Shown in pieces: positions 25,155 to 32,000 of a DNA stretch of 32,000 bases. Source of the DNA: Acaryochloris marina S15 (lineage in GTDB: Bacteria > Cyanobacteriota > Cyanobacteriia > Thermosynechococcales > Thermosynechococcaceae); contig NZ_CP064923.1 in assembly GCF_018336915.1 (NCBI RefSeq), positions 1,680,001 through 1,712,000 on the forward strand, given 5' to 3'. Every line of letters begins with the position of its first letter. The first letter of the stretch is position 1. Under the pieces are notes generated by a model. The model made no database searches. It was not told the origin of the DNA and worked only from the letters and a program-made list of their open reading frames with translations. Position numbers and translations under genes: made by a program.

Positions 25155-26342
25155 ATGCCAGCGAAATTTTCAGTCCAAAGGTCCGCGACCTATCTATCTT
25201 TAGTATTAGTCGGTTCCTTAGGTACACTCCTGGGAACACAGGTTTTTCCAAGCAACAGCCTTCTACCCCAACCAAGCGTAGCTCAATTGCCCAAGCCGTT
25301 ACCGGGGCAAACCGATACTAACTTTATCGCTCGTGCGGTTGAAAAAGTGGGTCCAGCTGTTGTGCGGATTGACTCTGCTCGAACCGTGAGTCGTCGTCGC
25401 TCTAAACTATTTGACGATCCCTTTTTCCGTGAGTTCTTTGGACGAGACGTTCCTCGGCAACCCCGTACTCGGGTGCAAAGGGGAACAGGGTCTGGATTCA
25501 TTATCAGTGATGATGGCTTGGTCCTCACCAATGCCCACGTGGTGAATGGGGCTGATAAAGTCACGGTTGTCCTCAAAGATGGTCGTAGTTTTGAAGGCAC
25601 CGTCATGGGAGAAGATTCCTTGACGGATGTTGCCGTCATTAAAATTAAAGCCAAAAATCTACCAGCGGTAAAAATGGGCAAGTCAGATGACCTGCAGCCC
25701 GGTGAATGGGCGATCGCCATTGGTAATCCTCTCGGTCTGGATAATACTGTAACTGCAGGTATTATCAGCGCCACAGGACGAACCAGTAATGATGTGGGCG
25801 TTCCGGATAAGCGGGTGGGCTTTATTCAAACAGATGCTGCCATTAATCCGGGTAATTCTGGGGGTCCCTTACTCAACCAGGCCGGGGAAGTCATTGGTAT
25901 GAATACCGCCATTATTGGGGGTGCTCAAGGGTTAGGATTTGCCATTCCGATCAAAACAGCTCAGCGGATTGCCGAACAACTGATTGCTAAAGGCAAAGTC
26001 GATCATCCCTTTCTAGGGATTCGGATGGCAGGCTTGACCCCTGAACTGAAAGAGCGCATCAACAGTAGTCCTGACGTAGATTTTCAGGTCAAAAATGATA
26101 AAGGGGTTTTAATTTTCGAAGTCATTCCCAAATCTCCTGCAGCAACGGCTGGATTACGCCCCGGAGATATCATTCGTGAAATTGATGGTCAAGCTATCAG
26201 TAAAGCCAGTCAAGTGCAGCAGAAGGTTGATGCCACCTCCTTGGGTAATTCTTTGAAATTAGGGATTACACGCAATGGAAAGGAACAAACTATTGCGGTT
26301 AAACCTGGACCTCTGCCGGCTCAATTAAGTAAGAATAACTAA
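25155..26342 (+). CDS. HtrA/DegP-family serine protease with one PDZ domain
   Basis: N-terminal hydrophobic anchor/signal. Catalytic triad contexts are TNAHVV, DVAVIK and GNSGGPL. A PDZ-like C-terminus reads GLRPGDIIREIDGQ. Confidence 0.9.
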   Translation: MPAKFSVQRSATYLSLVLVGSLGTLLGTQVFPSNSLLPQPSVAQLPKPLPGQTDTNFIARAVEKVGPAVVRIDSARTVSRRRSKLFDDPFFREFFGRDVPRQPRTRVQRGTGSGFIISDDGLVLTNAHVVNGADKVTVVLKDGRSFEGTVMGEDSLTDVAVIKIKAKNLPAVKMGKSDDLQPGEWAIAIGNPLGLDNTVTAGIISATGRTSNDVGVPDKRVGFIQTDAAINPGNSGGPLLNQAGEVIGMNTAIIGGAQGLGFAIPIKTAQRIAEQLIAKGKVDHPFLGIRMAGLTPELKERINSSPDVDFQVKNDKGVLIFEVIPKSPAATAGLRPGDIIREIDGQAISKASQVQQKVDATSLGNSLKLGITRNGKEQTIAVKPGPLPAQLSKNN

Positions 26343-26372
26343 GGGTATTCAGGGCAAGCGGTCTAAGGCTTA

Positions 26373-26460
26373 GGGCAAGGGGCAAGATTTAGCCAATGGT
26401 GGTGAAGCTATTTATAGCCACTGCCACTGGCTAAACCTTGCCCCTTGCCCACATTTTTGC
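26373..26460 (+). terminator. 27-bp-stem hairpin plus T-tracts between convergent htrA-like and MEKHLA genes
   Basis: The left arm GGGCAAGGGGCAAGATTTAGCCAATGG (26373-26399) pairs with the right arm CCACTGGCTAAACCTTGCCCCTTGCCC (26424-26450) at 25 of 27 positions. ACATTTTTGCCCTTTTT follows. The right arm is inside the MEKHLA coding region. Confidence 0.5.
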
Positions 26461-26882
26461 CCTTTTTCATCCCAGACATCCCATATTTCCGCATTGCTGA
26501 TTCTAAATCGGCGGCCTGTGGTGGAGATCCGAATCCCTTGATAGTTTTGAATATAGTGCTGCTGGGCTGCTTGATTGAGGAGCTGTGCTCTACCTTGGCG
26601 TTCAACTGGCTCTGCGGTCAAGCGAGAAGGCATGCAGATGAGTTCAGGCCAGGTTATTTCCCAGAGGTCAAGGGCTGACTGGTTACCGTAATTGAGAACT
26701 GGGTCAGCTTGAATACCATGGGAGAGCAATACAAAAGGGGCATGAAATAAATTATGGGCGATCTGGGCTGGTGATGGGGCGTCAACAAGCTGTTCTCCGG
26801 TCCATTGCTGATAACTCTTCATTAACCTCAAACTATGACGAATTATGTCAGCTTCCAGCCAGGGGAAAGACGCCAAATTCAT
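26412..26882 (-). CDS. MEKHLA-domain (PAS-like) protein
   Basis: 156 aa. FVLLSHGIQADPVLNYGNQSALDLWEITWPELICMPSRLTAEP ... GIRISTTGRRFRISNAEIWDVWDEKGQKCGQGARFSQW matches my recollection of the MEKHLA consensus. Confidence 0.75.
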   Translation of the reverse strand: MNLASFPWLEADIIRHSLRLMKSYQQWTGEQLVDAPSPAQIAHNLFHAPFVLLSHGIQADPVLNYGNQSALDLWEITWPELICMPSRLTAEPVERQGRAQLLNQAAQQHYIQNYQGIRISTTGRRFRISNAEIWDVWDEKGQKCGQGARFSQWQWL

Positions 26883-27005
26883 AACTAATCAACTTTTTGC
26901 ATGTAATAACGATATTTTGCCTTTCTCTGGAGTGCTGTAAGGCTGGGAGGATCGAGTAGGCTAGTTTTGGCGGCCCATACTCTATTTCGACCAAAGCCAA
27001 CGTTG

Positions 27006-29012
27006 ATGCTCATTGCTACCTCCCTCATACAGGAGCTTCTGGAGGCACAGCCCCAGCTTAGACCGCAAATGTATTTTAAGTCTTCCCTCACGGCTTTGTC
27101 GCGGGCGATGGAAGATCAGGTACTTGCAGGGACTGATCACCCCTTAGTGATTATTAGTTGTCAACGGGAACGCTACTACCGTAAGGCCCTCCATCGCTAC
27201 GCCCGCCTTGCAGCTCGTTCACCGCAAATTTATATTCTGGCAACTCCTGAGCAAGCGTTTGGTGATGGGTCAGATCCCTATGAAACGATTGCCTTTGACG
27301 CGGCAGATCCCTTAACTCAGGAATGGCACGTGATTGTTGTAGGGCAACAATATGCTGCATGCCTTGCCTGTCGTGAACATCCTCAACTCCAGACTTCAGA
27401 CCCATTAAATGCCCCACGGATGGATCAAGCTCGTCGTTACGAAGGCATATGGACCTTTGATCGACGGGTGAGTTGTCAAGCCGCCTATTTATTCTTGAAG
27501 AGAATCACTCAGTATCGTCCCCACCTCACCTCCAAGGTGACTCAAGCCCTAGCCCAGATTGTTCCTTATGTGGCTTCGACCGTTCGACAAACGGAGCCAG
27601 GTCCCTTTACGGACAGACTAGTGACTTATCTGCAGGCCAGTCAGTATCGCCAGCAAAAAGCCTACCGCCAGATTGCGACTCAAGCCCGCAAAGAACATTT
27701 GGTCAATTCCATTACGGCTGCAATCCGCCGATCCCTAGATCCAGATCATGTGTTGGGGGTTGCAGTACAGGAACTGGGGCAAGCCCTCGGTACCACCCGC
27801 TGTTTAATCTACCGATGTCTGGCCAAGGATAAGGTAACGCGACTCCAATATGAGTTTGTCCAACCCGGGCAGCAATCCCTTAAAGGCCAAATCTGGCCGT
27901 TGCAGGACAACCCCTGGTTTCAGGAAGTGCTCCACACTCAACAGTGGATGTATGTCAGCGATGCGATGGCCGATGTCCGTTTACAGCAGTCTTCATTGCT
28001 ACAAGATTGGGTGCATACTGCTCAAATTCAGACCCTCCTGCTGGTTCCCATGTGGTACCAAGGGCGGTTACTGGGCATGGTAGAACTCCACCAGTCGGAT
28101 CCTCCAGACGAGATGGTATGGAAGGACGCTGAGATTTCGTTAGTGGATGCGATCGCATCTCAAATCGGTATTGCTCTCATTCAAGCTCAATCCTTTGCGG
28201 ACTTAGGCCTTTTGAACCAACAATTGGCGGATTTGGAACAGGCTCGAAGTAACTTAATTGCGATTACGGGCCATGAACTGCGGACCCCCCTCTCAACCAT
28301 TCAGATTTGTCTAGAGAGTCTGACGAGTGAGCCGGATATGGCACCCGAACTGCAGCAAATTATGTTGAGCACAGCTCTTTCCGACGCCGAGCGCATGCGC
28401 AAACTAATCCAAGACTTTTTAACCTTATCCCGCTTAGAAAGCGGCAGAATTGAGTGGAATTCTGAACCCTTAGCCCTGCAAGAATGTGTGAATTTAGCCC
28501 TCAGTAATATCAAGGCGCAGCATTTGAGTCAGGCCCTTCCTCATATCGAGGCCCATATTCCTGAGAATTTGCCTTTGGCCCAAGTCGATGGCGAGTGGCT
28601 AGTAGAAGTATTGGCAAAATTACTAGACAATGCCTGCAAGTTTACTGAGGCCGATGGCCAAATCAAGATAGACGCCAAAGTTGCCTCTAAACATATGCTA
28701 GAAGTGACCGTTGCTGATACCGGTAGAGGCATCGATCCAGATTGTTTGGGTTCAGTCTTTGAGCGGTTTTACCAAGAAGAAGGAGCCCTCAGGCGAACTA
28801 CGGGGGGGACCGGGTTAGGCTTGGCGATCTGCCGTCAAATTATTCATCATCTAGGGGGGAGAATTTGGGCCTCATCCCAAGGGAGAAATCAGGGAACTAC
28901 GATGCATTTTACGATTTATAGTATAGAGACGCCCCCACAGCCTCAAACTCCCCCTTCTTCCCATCAGGTTTCTCTACCAAATCATCGGTCTGTAGATTCC
29001 TCATGCCCTTGA
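27006..29012 (+). CDS. DICT-GAF sensor histidine kinase
   Basis: The N-terminal DICT-like region is YFKSSLTALSRAMEDQVLAGTDHPLVIISCQRERYYRKALHRYARLA. A GAF region follows (LLVPMWYQGRLLGMVELHQ). H-box ITGHELRTPLSTI and G-box GGTGLGLAICRQI are present. The ATG at 27006 is preferred over the TTG at 26967. Confidence 0.85.
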   Translation: MLIATSLIQELLEAQPQLRPQMYFKSSLTALSRAMEDQVLAGTDHPLVIISCQRERYYRKALHRYARLAARSPQIYILATPEQAFGDGSDPYETIAFDAADPLTQEWHVIVVGQQYAACLACREHPQLQTSDPLNAPRMDQARRYEGIWTFDRRVSCQAAYLFLKRITQYRPHLTSKVTQALAQIVPYVASTVRQTEPGPFTDRLVTYLQASQYRQQKAYRQIATQARKEHLVNSITAAIRRSLDPDHVLGVAVQELGQALGTTRCLIYRCLAKDKVTRLQYEFVQPGQQSLKGQIWPLQDNPWFQEVLHTQQWMYVSDAMADVRLQQSSLLQDWVHTAQIQTLLLVPMWYQGRLLGMVELHQSDPPDEMVWKDAEISLVDAIASQIGIALIQAQSFADLGLLNQQLADLEQARSNLIAITGHELRTPLSTIQICLESLTSEPDMAPELQQIMLSTALSDAERMRKLIQDFLTLSRLESGRIEWNSEPLALQECVNLALSNIKAQHLSQALPHIEAHIPENLPLAQVDGEWLVEVLAKLLDNACKFTEADGQIKIDAKVASKHMLEVTVADTGRGIDPDCLGSVFERFYQEEGALRRTTGGTGLGLAICRQIIHHLGGRIWASSQGRNQGTTMHFTIYSIETPPQPQTPPSSHQVSLPNHRSVDSSCP

Positions 29013-29131
29013 TCCCTGAAGAACTGTAACAGTTCAAGCTGAACTTGCTTAAAGGGGACAGACACGATGATACGATGCCCTCTAGAAGAGATTTAGGTAC
29101 CTCAATCAGTACCGTATTGGGAGAAAAGTTA

Positions 29132-29551
29132 ATGGCAGAAACACTGACTGGACAAACCCCATTGTTCGGCGGCAGCACTGGCGGATTGCTCTCGAGCGCT
29201 GAAACAGAAGAAAAATATGCCATCACCTGGACAAGTCCGAAGCAACAGGTCTTCGAAATGCCCACCGGTGGTGCAGCGGTGATGAACGAGGGTGAAAATC
29301 TCTTGTATCTTGCTCGCAAAGAACAATGTCTAGCTCTTGGTCTCCGACAACTGCGTATCAAGAAGATCATGGACTATAAGATCTACCGGGTGTTGCCTGA
29401 TGGATCGAATACTCTCCTACATCCAAAAGATGGTGTCTTTCCTGAGAAATCCAATGAAGGTCGTGCTGCAGTTAACAGCGTAGCTCGCTCCATTGGCGAA
29501 AATCCTAACCCTGGCGCCATCAAATACACAGGTAAGCAAGCCTACGACTAG
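29132..29551 (+). CDS. psaD: Photosystem I subunit II
   Basis: [20 protein letters not shown]...[42 protein letters not shown]...[16 protein letters not shown] is unmistakably PsaD. The start is taken at the ATG after GGGAGAA rather than the upstream TTG at 29045. Confidence 0.95.
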
Positions 29552-29567
29552 GCTGATTGCTATCAAG

Positions 29568-29606
29568 ACAACGCTTTTGATTTAGATTAGGCGTTGTATA
29601 TTTTTT
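29568..29606 (+). terminator. Rho-independent terminator candidate 1 after psaD
   Basis: ACAACGC (29568-29574) pairs with GCGTTGT (29591-29597), followed by ATATTTTTT. Confidence 0.45.
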
Positions 29607-29617
29607 CTTCTATGCCT

Positions 29618-29651
29618 GAACCCCTCCATTGGTGGGGTTCAAATTTTTTTT
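29618..29651 (+). terminator. Rho-independent terminator candidate 2 after psaD
   Basis: GAACCCC (29618-29624) pairs with GGGGTTC (29634-29640) across a 9-nt loop, followed by AAATTTTTTTT. Confidence 0.7.
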
Positions 29652-29711
29652 GATATTGTTTTGCCATTAACGTATTTCTTGGCCGTTTTCCTCAATAGAT
29701 AGGTTATTGCA

Positions 29712-31256
29712 GTGACGATTTTGCCTGACTTTAGTCAATTTGAAGCGTTGGCCCAATCGGGCAATTTTATCCCTGTTTATCGAGAATGGATTGCGGATCT
29801 AGATACACCTGTCTCTGCCTGGTATCGGGTCTGTGCGGATCAACCCTATAGTTTTTTGCTGGAATCTGTAGAAGGGGGAGAACATCTAGCCCGGTATAGT
29901 CTTTTGGGATGCGATCCAGTCTGGGTTTTGGAAACTCGAGGCCAGCAAACAACCCAGACTTATCGTGATGGGTCGGTGGTGCCTTTTACCGGTAACCCTT
30001 TTCAAATTCTCCAAAATTGTTTAGCACCCTATCAACCGGTAACGCTTCCTCAGCTGCCCGCTGGCATTGGTGGTCTTGTGGGTTTCTGGGGATATGAATT
30101 AATTAATTGGATTGAATCACGGGTACCGATTCATCCCGCCTCTAGCTCAGATTTACCGGATGGGCTCTGGATGCAGGTGGATAATTTAATGATTTTTGAT
30201 CAGGTCCAGCGCAAAATTTGGGTCATTGCCTATGCTGATTTACAACAAACGCCTGATTTGAAGGTGGCTTATCAGCAAGCATGCGATCGCGTTGAACATC
30301 TGGTCCAAAAGCTACAAGAGCCCCTCGATCGACAAAGCTTAGAGCTGACGGGTATGACGCCCACCCAGTCCGTTACGGCTGACTTTACCAGTAATACGAC
30401 CCCAGCTGGATTCTGTCGCAATGTCCAGCAGGCGAAAGACTATATCAAAGCTGGGGATATTTTCCAGGTTGTTTTATCCCAACGGTTATCTACAGCCTAT
30501 CAAGGCGACCCGTTTGAGCTTTACCGCTCCTTGCGTTTGATCAACCCATCTCCCTACATGTCCTACCTGCACTTTCGTGATTGGCAAATTATTGGCTCCA
30601 GTCCAGAAGTGATGGTGAAAGCGGAACATAGCACCTATGGGAATGGAGGATTAGCAGCGACCGTGCGACCAATCGCAGGGACTCGTCCCCGTGGGCAAAC
30701 GCCCCAAGAGGATATTGCTTTGGCCGCAGAACTCCTCCAAGATCCGAAAGAAATTGCAGAGCATGTCATGCTTGTCGACTTAGGGCGGAATGACTTAGGA
30801 CGAGTCTGTAGCAAAGGGTCGGTGGAGGTGAAGTCAGAGGATCTGATGGTGATCGAACGCTACTCCCATGTCATGCATATTGTGAGCAATGTTGTGGGGG
30901 AACTTGAGGAGGACAAAACTGCCTGGGACTTACTCAAAGCCTGCTTTCCTGCCGGTACAGTCAGTGGTGCGCCTAAGATTCGAGCCATGGAAATCATCCA
31001 TGAACTAGAAGGATGTCGACGGGGGCCTTATTCAGGGGTGTATGGCTACTATGATTTTGAGGGTCAGCTAAATACGGCCATCTCGATCCGGACGATGGTT
31101 GTCCAACAACAATCTCATGAGCAACATCTTGTAACGGTGCAGGCAGGAGCAGGGATTGTGGCAGATTCTGAGCCTATTCGAGAATATGAAGAGACACTCA
31201 ACAAGGCTAAGGGGCTGTTACAAGCCATTCATTGCGTACAAGGTGCTTCTTCCTGA
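29712..31256 (+). CDS. trpE: Anthranilate synthase component I
   Basis: 514 aa with a GTG start. Motifs present: LLESVEGGE, IAGTRPRG, HVMLVDLGRNDLGRV, PAGTVSGAPKIRAME. Confidence 0.9.
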   Translation: MTILPDFSQFEALAQSGNFIPVYREWIADLDTPVSAWYRVCADQPYSFLLESVEGGEHLARYSLLGCDPVWVLETRGQQTTQTYRDGSVVPFTGNPFQILQNCLAPYQPVTLPQLPAGIGGLVGFWGYELINWIESRVPIHPASSSDLPDGLWMQVDNLMIFDQVQRKIWVIAYADLQQTPDLKVAYQQACDRVEHLVQKLQEPLDRQSLELTGMTPTQSVTADFTSNTTPAGFCRNVQQAKDYIKAGDIFQVVLSQRLSTAYQGDPFELYRSLRLINPSPYMSYLHFRDWQIIGSSPEVMVKAEHSTYGNGGLAATVRPIAGTRPRGQTPQEDIALAAELLQDPKEIAEHVMLVDLGRNDLGRVCSKGSVEVKSEDLMVIERYSHVMHIVSNVVGELEEDKTAWDLLKACFPAGTVSGAPKIRAMEIIHELEGCRRGPYSGVYGYYDFEGQLNTAISIRTMVVQQQSHEQHLVTVQAGAGIVADSEPIREYEETLNKAKGLLQAIHCVQGASS

Positions 31257-31258
31257 TC

Positions 31259-31600
31259 ATGACAACCTACCAAGTCCGATTTATCAACCCCGAACTTGAT
31301 CTAGATCACACAATTAATATTCCAGATGATGAATATATTCTCGATATCGCGGAAGAAAATAATATAAATCTCCCTTCTGCTTGCAGACAGGGAGATTGTT
31401 CAACTTGCGTTGCTCGACTCATCAGTGGAACAGTCGAGCAATCAGAACAGAAATTTTTGAACTCAACGGAAATAGGCCAAGGTTATACGGTTACCTGTGT
31501 GGCCTATCCCCGTTCAGACTGCGTGTTAGAAACTCACCAAGAACAAACGCTGTATCAAGCGTCTCTCTATCAAAAGTCTGTAGATATCAAGACGACTTAA
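31259..31600 (+). CDS. Plant-type [2Fe-2S] ferredoxin with short C-terminal extension
   Basis: The start is MTTYQVRF. The cluster ligands are spaced C-x4-C-x2-C...C (SACRQGDCSTC ... VTCVAYP). The ATG lies 2 nt after the trpE stop. An extra tail QASLYQKSVDIKTT follows the usual ferredoxin end. Confidence 0.9.
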   Translation: MTTYQVRFINPELDLDHTINIPDDEYILDIAEENNINLPSACRQGDCSTCVARLISGTVEQSEQKFLNSTEIGQGYTVTCVAYPRSDCVLETHQEQTLYQASLYQKSVDIKTT

Positions 31601-32000
31601 GATTGGGTTTGAGCAAACAACATTTCCTTCAGCTTTTCTAACTCGTCAGCCCATCTTGGATCAGGCTGAGCTGCTTCTGCTTGAGTATAAGAGTGGGATT
31701 TGCTTTTATTACCATTGCCACGGCGAGGAGCATTATTACTGGTCCCTGGGTTGCTAGTAGTCTCCTTGCTTTTAGGTAAAGCTTTCTCAATCTTCAAGGC
31801 ACTGTCTTTGAACATATGCCCATTTAACTTAGCAATCACTTGGTCTGCTTGCTCATCTGTTTCCACAGTGACAAACCCAAACCCACGGCATTTACCGGTC
31901 TTCCGATCGGTAACAACTTTTGTGGAAGTGAGTTCACCCACCTCTGCAGTGAATAATGCAGCTAGTTCGTCCCGGTCCAACTCTTTGGGTAAGTTACCGA
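31597..32000 (-). CDS. RRM-type RNA-binding protein, type II (no Gly-rich tail); 5' end beyond window edge
   Basis: The RNP1 motif is CRGFGFVTV. The frame stays open to position 32000, where it reads GNLPKEL (RNP2 region). The C-terminal motif PDPRWADELEKLK is typical of cyanobacterial Rbp3-like proteins. Confidence 0.9.
   Translation of the reverse strand, partial: GNLPKELDRDELAALFTAEVGELTSTKVVTDRKTGKCRGFGFVTVETDEQADQVIAKLNGHMFKDSALKIEKALPKSKETTSNPGTSNNAPRRGNGNKSKSHSYTQAEAAQPDPRWADELEKLKEMLFAQTQS

Noticed and set aside
25283-25774. 163-aa minus-strand ORF inside the HtrA gene. Similar shadow ORFs occur at 13353-13724 (-), 27473-27832 (+), 28909-29370 (-), 24441-24785 (+) and 8427-8744 (+).
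   Set aside because: All overlap strongly supported genes in another frame or strand and have low-complexity, motif-free translations.
1-32000. Search for CRISPR arrays, tRNA/rRNA genes and known defence or toxin-antitoxin modules
   Set aside because: I saw no regularly spaced direct repeats, no cloverleaf-like sequences in the intergenic gaps and no recognisable defence-gene motifs. The RecQ-like helicase looks like the ordinary short cyanobacterial RecQ.

Overview
This looks like a cyanobacterial chromosomal segment. I spotted about fifteen GCGATCGC (HIP1) octamers by eye, and the window carries psaD, an NtcA-type promoter and a type II RRM protein. It is densely coding, with about 30 genes. 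Left to right: a partial GT2 glycosyltransferase; a putative lipoprotein; a divergent PAS histidine kinase and REC-AraC regulator pair; a cyanate utilisation operon cynA-cynB-cynD-cynS behind a canonical NtcA promoter; purB; a 954-bp IS630-family element with a -1 frameshift site, inserted at the 3' end of a cysteine-rich gene; a P4H-like 2OG-Fe(II) oxygenase; tldD-pmbA; a low-GC block holding a stand-alone NRPS-like A-T-TE enzyme; a convergent CYP120-like P450; a GAF-GAF-PAS-GGDEF-EAL protein; an ArsC-family protein; a DUF350 protein; a RecQ-family helicase; an HtrA protease; a MEKHLA protein divergent from a DICT-GAF histidine kinase; psaD with two terminators; trpE tightly coupled to a plant-type ferredoxin; and a partial Rbp gene. 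I recognised no rRNA, tRNA, CRISPR array or known defence system. The most unusual items are three. (1) The orphan A-T-TE enzyme has an A4 core lacking the amino-binding Asp and sits in a compositionally foreign, HIP1-free block. (2) CynA has a ~135-aa N-terminal extension carrying a CxxC/His motif ahead of an internal twin-arginine signal and lipobox. (3) The IS630 insertion rewrites the C-terminus of a 10-Cys protein of unrecognised family. Everything rests on reading the sequence by eye and on recalled family motifs. No searches were run.
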